NCBI RefSeq assembly: GCF_032191835.1
Contig: NC_083228.1
Span: forward strand, 45,880,001 to 45,944,000
DNA length: 64,000 nt
Direction of reading: 5' to 3'
Origin: Heteronotia binoei
Taxonomy: Eukaryota
Below are positions 26,088 to 39,602 of the stretch, one piece after another. Positions within the stretch are counted from its first letter, which is position 1; each line of letters begins with the position of its first letter. The notes below the pieces were generated by a model. That model was not told the DNA's origin. It was given only the letters and a program-made list of their open reading frames with translations, and made no database searches. Both the position numbers and the translations under genes were made by a program.

Positions 26088-28303
26088 AAAGGTGGGATAT
26101 AAATTTGGTAAATAAATTAAATAAATAAAAAAATACCAAGTGAGCCATCAGGGAGCTGACTTAACACACTATGCAGCTCATATTTTTAAAAGGATCATGT
26201 GTTTATTCAGTGTGATCCTGAAAGATATGGTAGTGCATATGTGCTAATGACAGGTCAGAGGATACAACATTTTGCCAGTGTTGAATAATGAAACATTAAC
26301 CAGTATTGTGCAAACAGACATCAATTCAAACATTCAGATGTCTGCTTGGTTAACATGTCCTTTTATACATGACTTGATTACTATTCATTTTATATAAAGG
26401 ACCCAATTCCAAGGGAAGGATTGTATTTGGGATGATGCAAGGAAAACTGAATGTCTCTTCCAGATACTACATCAGTTATCACCTATTATGACCATTATAA
26501 TTCAAGAAGTGTTTTAAGATAGATGCTGAGCTGATATAATTTAGTACACCTTCCGGTAATGTCAGGGGTGTGTGGCATATGCAAATAACTTATACAAATG
26601 AGTTATGTTAATGAGCTCTGGCACTTCTTTTTTTATGAAATGACCCCTGTGTGTAACCCAGGAATTGAAAAGAAGGGCAAGTTCAAGGCTTAGGACATGC
26701 TTTCTCGAAGCCCCCCTCCCACTCACAAACCTTGGCTTAAGCAAAGTAATTATCTATTACAACAGAGAAAATACACTTTGCCACACCAATTATGATACTA
26801 CTTCCCCTTAAACTCCTTTCCCTCCCCAACCAAAGACCCAGTAGTCAGTATCCTAGAAGTGTTGTTTGCATTTCAAGACTGGTTCAGCTGCAGACCCTTA
26901 GAAGCAGACCTCCAGTGAGAAGGAAAGTTCTCAGGGCCTCTCTCCTCCATCCAAGAGAAGAAGTCAGCTTCAATTCGAAGATAGATTGTCTGGGGGCTAA
27001 CCTCCTCCATAAGAAGTGATTGTCATAAAGGGAGGGCCCGCATCAGACAAAAACGTCTTCAGCTGAGACCTCAGCACTCGAGTCCTTGGAGAGACAAACA
27101 ACTAGCCCTCATGCTCCATCCCCTATCCAGTTTTTTTCTTCCAGTCACTCCTACAAACACTCCTCCCAATATGCAAATTAAATAATTTCATTGCTCCACT
27201 CAACGGCAAATTTCCCCAAAGCTCTACATACGTGTGTGTGTGTGTATGCAAACAAACATTGATTTTAATAATTACTTCAAATCTCCATTATTTCCCCCTC
27301 CAGCAATTTGCATATTTAGCTATTTGCCTATTTAGCTATTTGCCTAAGATGGCAAAATAAGAAAGCTTGAAAGACTCTTCATCAAATGAGTGCTGCTACT
27401 TTTCTGCCTCCATCTTCAATTACTTTTCCATTTGTAGCTTTTTAGAGTGTTCCTTGATCTCCATGTCCATTTATTTAGTATTTGAAAAGTTAAAGCAATT
27501 AGATATCCAGTTCATTACCTGTCTTATCTTGTATTATTCAATCTGATCTTCTTCATACTACTAAATTTAAAATCTATTTGGGAAAAATGTTATTCATGGA
27601 ATTCCTGCAAATAGATTTTTCCATTTGGCACAAGAAAATATTATTTGGACCTATTTTGTAAGTGTTACAGTATATTGCTGATGCCAGGCTCCAAAATGCT
27701 GCTTCTCAATAGCCCAGTTTTAAATTATGCATTATTTTATACCGAGAGACAGCTTGAACAAATATTTTGACTGTTAGCCGAGGCACAGTCCAGTCTTGTG
27801 TGCATCAGCCTATGAGATAGCAACAGCAGCATTTGTGGCAGTACAGTCGCTGCAGAGAGTTGAGAAAAGATGCACAAAGCAGCAAAAATTAATGAGCTGT
27901 TATTTTTTTTTTAAAAAAATGACCATATTCTTTACATTGAAAAGTGAAGAAAAATGCCATTGAAAATTCAAGCTGCTGAGTGCCTTTCAGATGGAATATG
28001 CTACTGTGAAGCATAAATAGCTGAGAGATATGAGAATGGAGACTGAAGATCCATGGAAGCTTAAAGGACGGGAAAGTGAAAAAAAATGAGAACATGAAAG
28101 CAAGAGAAGCCAACTCAGCAAGAAACCAGAAAGCAAATGAAAAGGAGCAGAAACCTGTCTCATTTTCAGGATTTCAATCTGTTACAGAGTTCTGAGTTCA
28201 ATTAATGTGGGGAGAAAATCCAGCTTCATTTATGAAGCTTGATTTGGTTTGTGGTGACATCACAGGGGTAAGAAAAAAGAACATTTATGTATTTATCTGC
28301 TAG

Positions 28304-31300
28304 ATCATAGAATCATAGAGTTGGAAGGTACCTCTATGGTCATGTAGTCCAACCCCCTGCACAATGCAGGAAACTCACAAACACCTCCCCCAAAATTGAC
28401 AGGATCTTCATTGCTGCCAGATGGCCATCTAGCCTCTGTTTAAAAACCTCTAAGGAAGGAGAGCCGACCACCTCCCGAGGAAGCCTGTTCCACTGAGGAA
28501 TCGCTCTAACAGTCAGGACGTTCTTCCTAATGTTGAGCCAGAAACTCTTTTGATTTAATTTCAACCCCTTGGATCTGGTCCTAACTTCCAGGGCCACAGA
28601 AAACAATTCCACACCATCCTCTATAAGACAGCCCTTCAAGTACTTGAAGATGGTGATCATATCATCTCTCAGCCGCCTCCTCTCCAGGCTAAACATCCCC
28701 AGCTCCTTCAACCTTTCCTCATAGGACTTGGTCTCCAGACCCCTCACCATCTTCGTCGCCTTCTTCTGGACCCGTTCCAGCTTGTCTATATCCTTCTTAA
28801 AATGTGGTGCCCAAAACTGAACACAATACTCCAGAGCAGAGTAAAGCAGATACCATCACACCACATGATCTGGACACTATACTTCTGTTGATACAGTCCA
28901 GAACTGCATTTGCCTTTTTAGCATGTTGACTCATGTTCAGAGTATGATCCACTATGATCCCTAGATCCTTTTCGCACATGCTACTGCTAAGACAAGTCTC
29001 CCCGATCCTATAACCATGCATTGGATTTTTCCAACCTAAATGCAGAACTTTACATTTATTCCTGTTAAAATTCATTTTATTGATTTTAGCCCAGTTTTCC
29101 AGCCTGCCAAGGTCATCCTGTATCCTGTTTCTGTCTTCTTCTGTGTTTGCAATCCCTCCCGATTTAGTATCACCTGCAAATTTAATAAGCATTCCCTCTA
29201 TTCCTTCATCCAAATCATTGATAAAGATGTTGAACAAAATAGGTCCCAGGACGGATCCTTGAGGCGCTCCACTTGTCACTCCTCTCCAAGAGGATGAGGA
29301 ACCATTCATAAGCACTCTTTGGGTGCGATCTGTAAACCAGTTACAGATCCACCTAACAGTAACAGGATCCAAACCACATTTTACCAACTTGTCAACAAGG
29401 ATAGTATGTGGAACCTTATCAAAAGCCTTACTGAAATCAAGATAAACAATGTCTACCGCATTCCCCTGATTCAGCAAGGTAGTCACTTTCTCAAAAAAAG
29501 AGATCAGGTTAGTCAGACATGACTTGTTCTTGAGAAAACCATGCTGGCTCTTAGTAATCACATCCATTCTTTCTAAATGTTCCAGGATTGACTGTTTGAT
29601 TATTTGTTCTAAAACTTTTCCAGGTATAGATGTCAAGCTGACAGGTCAGTAGTTACCCGGATCGTCTTTTTTCCCCTTCTTGAAGATGGGGACAACATTT
29701 GCCCACCTCCAGTCTTCTGGCACCTCTCCTGTTCTCCAAGAATTCTCAAAAATAATAGCCAGAGGCTCAGAAATTACATCCGCAAGCTCTTTTAGAACCC
29801 TTGGATACAATTCATCTGGCCCTGAGGACTTAGTTTCATTTAAAGAAACTAGGTGTTGATGTACTACCCCTATGCTGATCCTAGGTTAGAACTACATACC
29901 CTCCTTATATGTTCTGTTTTGTTGAGCACCGTTTCCCTCAGAAGAGAAGACTGAGGAAAAGTAGGAATTGAGCAGTTCTGCCCTCTCTTCATTACCTTTT
30001 ACACTTTCACTTTCTTGCCCTCACAATGGGCCTACCATGTCCTTGCTCTTTTTCTTATTCTGAACATAAGAAAAGTACCCTTTTTTGTTGTTTTTAGCAT
30101 CTTTGGCCAGCCTAAGCTCATACTGAGTTTTAGCTTTCCTAACTTTTTCTCTACAAGCTCTGGTGATTTGTTCATATTCATCCTTGGTTATAAGGCCCTC
30201 CTTCCAATTCCTATAGGAGTCTTTTTTATTTCTCAAGTCTTTAGAGAGCTGTTTGTAGAGCCACTTTGGCTTCTTTAGGCTTTTTCCATTTTTTCTTCTC
30301 ATAGGAATTGTCTGTGATTGTGCTTTCAGTATTTTGCTTTTAAGAAACTCCCACCCCTCCTGAACCCCCTTCCTCCTAAATATTTCTGACCATGGGATTT
30401 TACCCAGCATCATTCTAAGTTTATCAAAGTTTGCCCTTCTGAAGTCCAACCTATAAGTCTGACTACGTATAGCTTTTCCCTTCCCTAAGATTGCAAAATT
30501 CCAAAATCACATGGTCACTACTGCCCAGGGTGCCCACTATTTTCACTTCATTCAATTCTTCCTTGTTGGTGAGAATCAAATCCAAGATAGTAGATCCCCT
30601 TGTTTCCATCTTCACTTTCTGGAAAAGGAAGTCAGCGAGACAAGTCAGGAATCTATTTGACTTTTCATTTTTAGCAGATTTGGACTTCCAACAGATGTCC
30701 GGGTAATTGAAATCTCCCATGATCACTGTATCCCTTCTCTTGGAGAACTTTGCAATCTGCTGTAGAAGTATCTCATCCAAGTCCTCTGCCTGACTTGGTG
30801 GTCTATAGCAGACCCCCATAATATCACTGTTATTTCTTACTCCTTTTATTTTTACCCAGAGATTTTCAACTGAGCTGCCATGCTCTGATTCACATATTTC
30901 CTTACAAGTATATACCTCCTTCACATATACTGCTACTCCTCTGCCCTTTCTCATTTGCCTGTCCCTTTTAAATAAGTTGCACCCCTGAATCCTAATATTC
31001 CAGTTGTGAGTGTCATCCCACCAAGTTTCAGTAATATCTATTATGTCTTAGGTTCCTTCCTTTATTAGGACTTCCAGTTCCTCCTGTTTGTTTTCCATAG
31101 TCTGTGCTTTAGTGTAGAGACACCAGAATCCACGTTTTATACATCCCGAGGGTTTAGTTTCCATACAAGCCTGCAAGTTAACATTACCTAGCATATGCTA
31201 GCTCTTTGCAAATCTTTAATGTTCTTATCCCCAGTTCCTGGCATCATATGAGGCTTTGAATTATTGTCTCATTTCCCCATACAATTTAGTTTAAAGCCCT

Positions 31301-31350
31301 CCTTATAGGTTAGCAAGGCTGTTACCAAACACCCTTTTCCTACCTCCAGA
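28304..31350 (-). mobile_element. CR1 LINE, 5'-truncated (ORF1 C-terminus + disrupted ORF2), (ttctatga)n tail
   Basis: APE motifs GVCYRPP, MGDFN, LDLIL, GSSDH; RT motifs QHGF..NKSC, YLDFSKAFDKV, PQGSVLGP, FAGD; LGxFSL..RRLR; tail atcatagaatcatag. Confidence 0.97.
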
Positions 31351-31397
31351 TCTTGAATTGCAAAACACGATCAGTCAAATATATGACTGTGACAATT

Positions 31398-31455
31398 CTT
31401 CTTCTTCACCATCACCATCATCATCATTATCATCATCGTCGTCATCATCATCATG
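31398..31455. repeat. (CAT/CAC)n trinucleotide microsatellite
   Basis: caccatcaccatcatcatcattatcatcatcgtcgtcatcatcatcat. Confidence 0.9.
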
Positions 31456-31599
31456 CCGGTTCCTATGGTGGCAGCAGTTTCAAGGTAGCAACCACCTGTT
31501 CACCACCTTGCCTGCATTCCAAACAGTGCTCAGAAGAGCCACAACTAGTATATCAAATAATGGTTTCTGAGTATCACTGCTGTATAGTATCCCATTCTT

Positions 31600-32085
31600 G
31601 TTGAGCTCCCTCCCCGAACTTAATGGTCTGGCATCCACATATCTTTGGGACTGCCTCTCCAGATATACCCCCAGAAGAGCATTGTGCTCAGTACATTAGA
31701 ATTTACTGATGGTCCCTGGCCTGAGAGATACCCAGTTGTTCTCAACTAGAGCCAGGGCATTTTCTTTTCTGGCTTCAAAGTGGTAGAACTGTCTGCCAAA
31801 TAACATCCATACCCTGTGGGATTTGATTTAGTTCCACAGGGTCTATAAACAAAGACGTTCTGTCAGGCATTTGGTTGAAAACTGATGGTTATATCCTTTT
31901 GGCACTCTCACTTTACTCCTCCCTGAAAAGCAATGACACTACTGAAATTCTTAGTGTCATCTTTGTTGGTAACTACTGTGTTTTGTTGTTTTTAAGTTTT
32001 ATTTTGGATTGTAATTTTTTTTATGTTGTACATCACCCTGAGCCTTGCCTTGGTGGGGGAGGGCAGTTTAAAATATAATCTAATG
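31600..32085 (+). mobile_element. Degraded L2-like 3' fragment
   Basis: tgcctctccagatat...agagccagggcattttc...tcaccctgagccttg...gggagggcag, similar to the 3' end of 34270-37388. Confidence 0.65.
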
Positions 32086-34269
32086 AATACATAAACTCTG
32101 TTCTTCTCAAGCACCAGTTCCTAATCCCAAAGAATTTCCCAAGCCAAAATGGAAATCCTTAAAGGAGGAGTATATATAGCTGCCATGAATGTAGGAATGT
32201 GTTTGACATGGAATTAATCCTACCCAGCCTTTTACATTTATTTAACTCTTCATTTATGCAATAGAGACTTGGAAAGTGTGACATTTTTTGAATTCAACAT
32301 GTGTAGCCATTTTGTCATTACTTTCAAAATGGCTGTCATAATATCGGATGTCTCTTGAGACAGATTGTAGGGTCTGCCTGTTACATAGGCAATACATTTT
32401 GTGAGACTTTCCTCAATACTTTTGTTGAATAAATGCTGTTTACTTGGAAAATTTTAACTTTATAGAGACTTAAATGGTTGAGTAATCCTGTTGCTGAAGA
32501 TATTACTTCTGTCTATCATAGATGCAACCTGTCCAATGGAATTTCTTATCTGTCACACAGATGCAAGCCAAAGCTTATCTAGGATGCTCTGGTTATCTGA
32601 CTTCGAGTTAAAGGGTGAGTGCTTACACTGGGAAATTATTTGTGTAGATTTCTAGGTTTTAAGGATAAGTGTGAAAAACTGTGTCTTGAGGAGTATCGCA
32701 GGCTGTAAAAAGTCAAGAGTTTTAATAAAATCTCCTTAGAAAGCAATTTGTACTATAACTGTATAATGCTACGAGGTATGTCACAAGATGTAGTAGATTT
32801 CAGAGGATTACCTTACACCATGGACATAGAAGATTACACACAGTGTGGCAACAGACTACATAAAATGAAATCTTTTTCAATTCATTGAGTTTTGGTGATG
32901 TTCTGCATATTCATGATTATAAAACACTTCAAGGAATGAATTCAAGAGCGGCATCTTTTATTGTCATGTTAATCATTAATATTTTGGAGCTTGCCATTTA
33001 CATTAGTGAATATAATGTCCACAAATTTGATGACGGCCAAATTTCCCTTAGAAAAACATGAAAATAGTAAAGAGCAGTTATATTGCTCCTGGAAAAGACA
33101 AGACGAAAGTGGGAAACACTCTATGCAGATACAGCAGGAGCTCATTGCAATTAGTGAAGACACAGGGGTCTTACCGGCTGAACCACAGGTTTTGCATCAA
33201 TCTTTATTTCCTGAAGAAAAATTAATTAATGAACAATACTTATCCCAATCAAATCCAGAAAATATTCACAACAGGCACCACACCATACATTGTGAAAGTT
33301 CTATATGAAAGGAATTTCTTTGCAGAAATAGATTGGCAATATACATGTGGAATATAAGAGATGATGATGATGTGGTGGATGACTTGAATTATGCCAGCAT
33401 GCTTCATGGGAGTTCCTTGATATAAACATTTAAACACAGGCCAGAAGAGATATCATGCCATCACTGATGAATTTTTTTTTTATCACTATTCTCCCACCAG
33501 CCACAGGAATGGTGGTGGGAAACAGGACCCAGGGCAGCGAATCTCCAACCCCCAGACAGAAAATGGCAGCCCTGGTTTCCAGTCTGCTTTTTGCTCCCTC
33601 TCTCTTCCACACACACACACACATATACACACAAACACTGACTTCTGTTTACATTGTGTATTCTTTCTGTGATACCATGCTGTTCTATCAAAGTTCTTAG
33701 AAATAAACTAATTTATACCAACGTCTCTTAACTACAGGAAGGACAAGAAAATATAAATGAGGCCCCTTTATGCAGCTGCCTGTTTTCTAATACCATTTAT
33801 ATGGATGTCTCACTTATACTAATATCACCAGTTGAAACGCTAAACATTTCAAACATATCATTTACTAGTGGGGGAAAAGAAGGCACATATTCATTTTTAC
33901 TTGAAAAGTAATAGCATCATGAAGGGTAAAACCATTGATAATCACTGATAACATAGTTTGACATCATAGGTTACAATAGCTCAAGAAATCTAAAATGCTC
34001 ACTGCTATATCACTGAGGCATGGACTAGAGGAAGTGGTGGCCTGCTGGCTAGTCTTTCCTCTAGCCTTAGAGATTCCTGATAGCATACCAGGCTAGTAGA
34101 TGGTTACACATTTGTCTGGTTTCTAACCTTCATTGTTTTAAAATACTATAAGATGCCTTAAGAATATTAATTGAAAGGTGATCCAGATAGATAAGTAGGT
34201 AGGTAGATCTCCCAGAATTTGTAATGCAAATTTGGGGGATAATATTCCACTTGCCTTTTTTTTCAATCA

Positions 34270-37200
34270 TATTCTCGGCCTCCTTCCAGTCTGTGTCCCA
34301 TCCCGATAGTGACAGGTAGTGAGGCTAAGAGGAATAGCCCGCCTCCGTCATTGATGTTATGTAATGCCAGGTCCATAAATAATAAGACCTCGATCCTTAG
34401 GGAGTTCCTGCTCAAGCAGGATATGGACCTGGCTTGTGTGACCGAGACCTGGGTGCAAGATGGGGAGATGGTGGCTCTCTCCCAGATGACTCCCCCGGGT
34501 TTCTCAGTCTTTCACCAATCACAGACTAGCGGGTGGGGGGAGGGGTGGTGCTATTCATACGGGAGAATTACTCCTTCTGGGCTCTCCCAGCCCCAACGAT
34601 CAATGGTATTGAATGTGCCGGACTGGTGTGGGATGTTGGGGAGAGGTTGGTGATCTGGTTGGTGTATCGTCCGCCTAACGCACCGGGCAGCGCCTCACCA
34701 TCCCTGATGAAGGCCGTGGCAGGTTGGGCACTGGAAAACCCAGGGCTGATGGTCCTGGGTGATTTCAATGTCCACGCCGATGACATGGCCTCCAATCTGG
34801 TGATGGGCCTAGTATCTTCCATGGCGACACTGGGACTCTCCCAATTTGTTACAACTCCCACACACCAGGCTGGTCACATGTTAGATTTGATCTTTGGGTC
34901 TGGGATTTTGGTGCATGATATTGCCGCAGAAGCAGTGCCATGGTTGATCACCTTGCCCTCAAGGCCCCTGTGAAGGTGCCGCCCCAACCCTGTATGGGCG
35001 GAGAGCCTATTTTGGCTCACCCGCAGAGTCTGATGGACCCTGAGCGGTTCCAAATGGCCCTACGGGATCCCTGGTCCCCTGGCGATTCCCTTGATGACCT
35101 GGTTGAGGCTTGGCATGGCCAGCTATCCAAGGCCATCAACAAGATCGCACCCCGACGTCCTCTGCGCCCTCGTGTGAGGCTGGCTCCATGGTACACCGCG
35201 GAGCTACGGCAGCTGAAACAAGGGCTCAGATGACTAGAGAGGCAGTGGCAGAATACTCATGACAAAGCGACAAGAACATCTTACAGAACATTTATGAGGT
35301 CTTATGAGATGGCAGTCAAAGCCGCAAAGAAGGACTACTTTGCGCCTAGGATTGCGTCTGCAAATTCGCACCCGGCACAATTATTTAGTATAATTAGGAA
35401 CCTTACAACACTGTCTCAAGGCAGACCAAATGTGAGAGAATTAGAGATAGGCTGTGAGGCTTTTGCGAAATTTTTTGCAGATAAAATCACATCACTCCAC
35501 CAGGACTTTCCTGCCACATTGGATACAGTACGAGATCTTGAGGCTCCATGTCTGTCTTCTGGTTCAGTTCTGGATCACTTTGACACACTTAGCCTGGGGG
35601 GAGTTGACGGAATTCTCTCTACTGTACGTTCAACAACTTGTGATCTGGACCCATGCCCCTCTTGGCTGATTAAATCTTGCCAGAGGGAGCTTACATGTTC
35701 TTTACGGGACATTGTAAATTGATCCCTCTCAGAGGGGCAATTTCCAACACCTCTGAAAGAGGCTATGGTCCGACCTCTCTTGAAAAAGAGTACAGCAGAC
35801 CCGGCCAAATTGGCAAATTACCGACCGGTTTCAAATTTACCATTTTTAGGTAAAATGATAGAGAGGGCAGTAGCGCTACAGTTGCAGGGTTTTCTGGATG
35901 ATGCTTCCATCTTAGATCCTTACCAGTCTGGCTTCCGCCCAGGCCATGGGACGGAGACAGTGCTGGTCGCCTTGGTGAATGATCTCCAGCGGCATCTGGA
36001 TCGAGGCGGCGTGGCAATGCTGATGTTATTAGACCTGTCGGCCGCATTCAACACGGTCAACCATTGGTTATTGACCCATCGGCTCGCTGACGCAGGGATC
36101 AGGGGGTTGGCCTTACAGTGGCTTTCCTCCTTCCTTGATGGATGGGGACAAAGGGTGGCAATTGGGGGAGAGCTGTCCCAGAGGCACTCGCTAGATTGTG
36201 GTGTGCCACAAGGAGCAGTTCTCTCTCCGATGTTATTTAACATCTACATGCGCCCCCTTGCCCAGATTGCCCGGAGGTATGGGCTGGGGTGTCATCAATA
36301 TGTGGATGACACCCAGCTCTATCTACTAATGGATGGCCGGCCTGACTGCATCCCAAAAAACCTGGACCTGGCGCTGCAAGCCATGGCAGGTTGGCTCAGG
36401 CTGAGTGGGTTGAAGCTGAATCCAATGAAGATGGAGGTCCTTTGCTTAGGTCATGGTGCTCTGGGAGGAGAAATTCCTCTCCCAATTTTTGACGGTGTGT
36501 CACTGAAAGCAGCACACCGGGTCAAGAGCTTGGGGGTCCTACTGGAGCCTTCATTGTCAATGGAGGCCCAGATAGTGGCCACTGCCAAGTCCGCGTTTTT
36601 TCATCTTAGACAGGCTAGGCAGTTGGCCCCCTTCCTCGAGCACCAGGACCTAGCAACAGTAATCCATGCAACAGTCACCTCAAGACTGGATTACTGTAAT
36701 GCCCTCTACATGGGGCTGCCTTTGTGCCGAACCCGGAAGCTGCAGCTGGTGCAGAACACAGTGGTTAGGCTATTGTTAGGGCTCCCAAAGTAGGAGCACA
36801 TACAGCCGGGGCTGAGCGGGCTGCACTGGCTGCCGGTTGCATACCGGGCTTGGTACAAAGTGCTGGTTATTACCTTTAAAGCCCTATATGGTCGAGGGCC
36901 TGCCTACCTGAGGGACTGTCTCTCCCCATACGAACCCCAGAGAGCACTGGGAAGCAGTGGGAAAGAACCAGCTGAACATCCCTGGGCTGAGGGAGGCCAA
37001 ATTGAAGAACACAAGGGAACGGGCCTTTTCTATTGCAGCTCCACACCTGCGGAATCAACTTCCGGACGAAGTGCGGGCCCTGCGGAGTCTTGAGCAATTT
37101 TGCAGGGCCTGCAAGACTACTCTTTTTAAGATGACCTTCGCTGAATGCTGAGTTAATGATAGATTCGCTGCTGTTGTATTCCGCCATCAATTTATTAAAA

Positions 37201-37388
37201 ACCTGAAATTTAGCGCCATAAATGTTATTTTTAAGTGGAATGTTGATTTAAACAATGGTTTTATAATGTAATATTTATTGAATTATATAATTTTATTGTA
37301 TGATATTGAATTAATATTTTGTGAGCTGCCCTGAGCCTGCTTTGGCGGAGAGGGTGGGATATAAATAAAAAGTATTATTATTATTATT
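34270..37388 (+). mobile_element. L2-clade LINE with nearly complete but disrupted ORF2
   Basis: APE motifs CNARSINNK, VTETW, VYRPP, GDFN, LDLIF; RT motifs PLLKK, NYRPVSNL, LLDLSAAF, GVPQG.VLSP, YVDDTQL, SRLDYCN; (tta)n tail. Confidence 0.95.
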
Positions 37389-39602
37389 CTGATGAAGTGT
37401 GGTGGCAAAGTCCACCAATATTTCCAGTTTTTAGGTATATTTAACAGGACAGGCACATTTGTGGTTAAATGGACAGCACTGAACAATTTGTTTAAAGTTA
37501 CAATGATCAAGTATCTTGCATCAGTTTTCAGACAAAGTCTAATATTATACAATTTAGCCATTCACTTACAGGACTTAGGAGTAAATTGTCTGCATACTTA
37601 TTTAGGAGTAAGACCAAATGAAATCAGTAGAATCTACCTTAGAATAAATGAGCTCAGGATATTGCTTTCAGAAATGCCATTTTTTGAAATTTCATGTAAC
37701 CACTGGATACTAGGGAGTTAATTTTTCATTTGTATTATATTCTCGGCCAATTATTTTTCATTACCGTTTTCTCCAAGGTCAGAAAAGGAGAAAGACTGAA
37801 AGTCCTCTAGATAAGGTCCATTCTCAGCAGTTTAAGAAAACAAGCTAATTGGCACATATGCTTGTGAATCCACAATGAAGTTGTTAATGGAAGCCACACT
37901 TCCCATATGGTTCGAGTTCATGGTGTATTCTAAAAGTTTTCTATGGAAGCTGTTAAACAAATCCTAAGAGAATAGACAATCAAGGAGAAACCCAAATCAG
38001 TGTTTGGGTTTCCAATTATTTTTGAACATCTTCTCACAATGTCTTTTGTAAACTATTGTAATTTCTTTCAAAGAAGCCAGAAATCTATATGGTTATAAAC
38101 CTGGAATCTAACTTTGCAGAGTAGAACGTGTTCAGAACCTTTTTGAACCTCTTGGGACTGTTGAGATTAGGCACCACAACAAAATGGTAACCATAGTGAA
38201 AGGACAAGTCACAAAATGACTGCCATGGGAGTTTAGTCCAATCGCATAACATAGGAAGATTTCACAGACGTATCTTCCTATGATGGAGGCAGCTATGTCC
38301 AAATAGGTGTTCATTACAGACATAATGATGACTGCTGGACTCTTCTGAAGTGCATCCTATTCAAGTGAAAAGAAAGAAAGCCTTTGCTTTGATGAAGAAA
38401 TGCCTATGGGGAAAAAAATGGGTTCCAAGACACAACAGTGGCTGCTGTGGCAACTATGAGCAACACTTTTTGTAGAATAAAATGTATGGAAACTGGCAGT
38501 TGTACACGCTAAAACATGAGAAGCTAGGAGATACTTCTGCACACCATTGCACACTCCAGCTGTTCCTTTCCTGACTCCATTCCACAAACATGCACATATT
38601 TATGGGCAGCAATATCTAAATTGATCCTTTTCTGCTTACATTTGGAAAACATTTCTTTGGCACTTCTCAACATAAATGTTCCTGAGGCAGTGCATAAAAA
38701 GAAGAAAAACAACTTACAATTTAAAATAAGGGGGCTTGCACCAGCATCTTGTCAGTGAATAATGTCACTTACAGCAAAACATCAGTAAAACTATGGTGGT
38801 TTTTTCAAATTGTACAGCATCCTTTGAGGTTATTTCCAATTTTGGAAGTGATGCCAGCATGCTGGCATGATGCCTGTGTGCCAGTCCTGACCTCAAATGC
38901 TCCTTTGGGTTGCCCACATTAGAATGGCAACACTTTGTTATGCTCCACATATTAGCCAACTCTCCAAGGACAGTCAGCAACTACTGATTGCCTTTTGGTA
39001 CCAAGTAAGAATTTTCCATTTTGTAGCCTTCACTGCTTGGTTTTTTGGGAAATTGCCCCCACCCCCAAATCTCCCAAGGTCTTTCCTTTCTACCTTGACC
39101 TGTTGGCTTCATGTTCAGCAATTACAGTGACTATTATTTTGCTTGAATTTTGTTTAGGAATTTGCCTCAACTTTACAAAGATGCAGTGCAGGACTGGAAA
39201 TGGAAATAAATGGGAAATATTCTTGGATATCTCTTAGAAATGTTCAAGGATTTACTTGAGATGCCTCATTGGCTTAGGGATACAGTTGTCAGACTCACTC
39301 TGGCAGCCAGCAGGAGCCTGTTGAGGATATTGTCAACAATGGCATGGGGAAATTGTAGAAGTGACTCCATATGATCACCAACAATGGGCAATAGTTGCTG
39401 GGCAGGGGTTAAAATCTCCTGTTCAAAGCAGGCATATGGCAACCCTTCTTTACTCTTACCAGAAGTGCCATCAAAGGGCTTATAAAATTGCAGAATCTGT
39501 CTAGGATTGCACTGCCAAAGGCCTTGGGATATCCAGCCTGCCCAGTCTTTCAAATTAATGTGGCTGTAAAGATATTGATTGGCAGATACCTTCAACTAAT
39601 AA

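Noticed and set aside
31353-31604. Poly-His / poly-Ser ORFs
   Set aside because: They are translations of the (CAT)n microsatellite.
32991-33308. 105-aa plus-strand ORF as a gene
   Set aside because: No homology recognised and no supporting gene structure.
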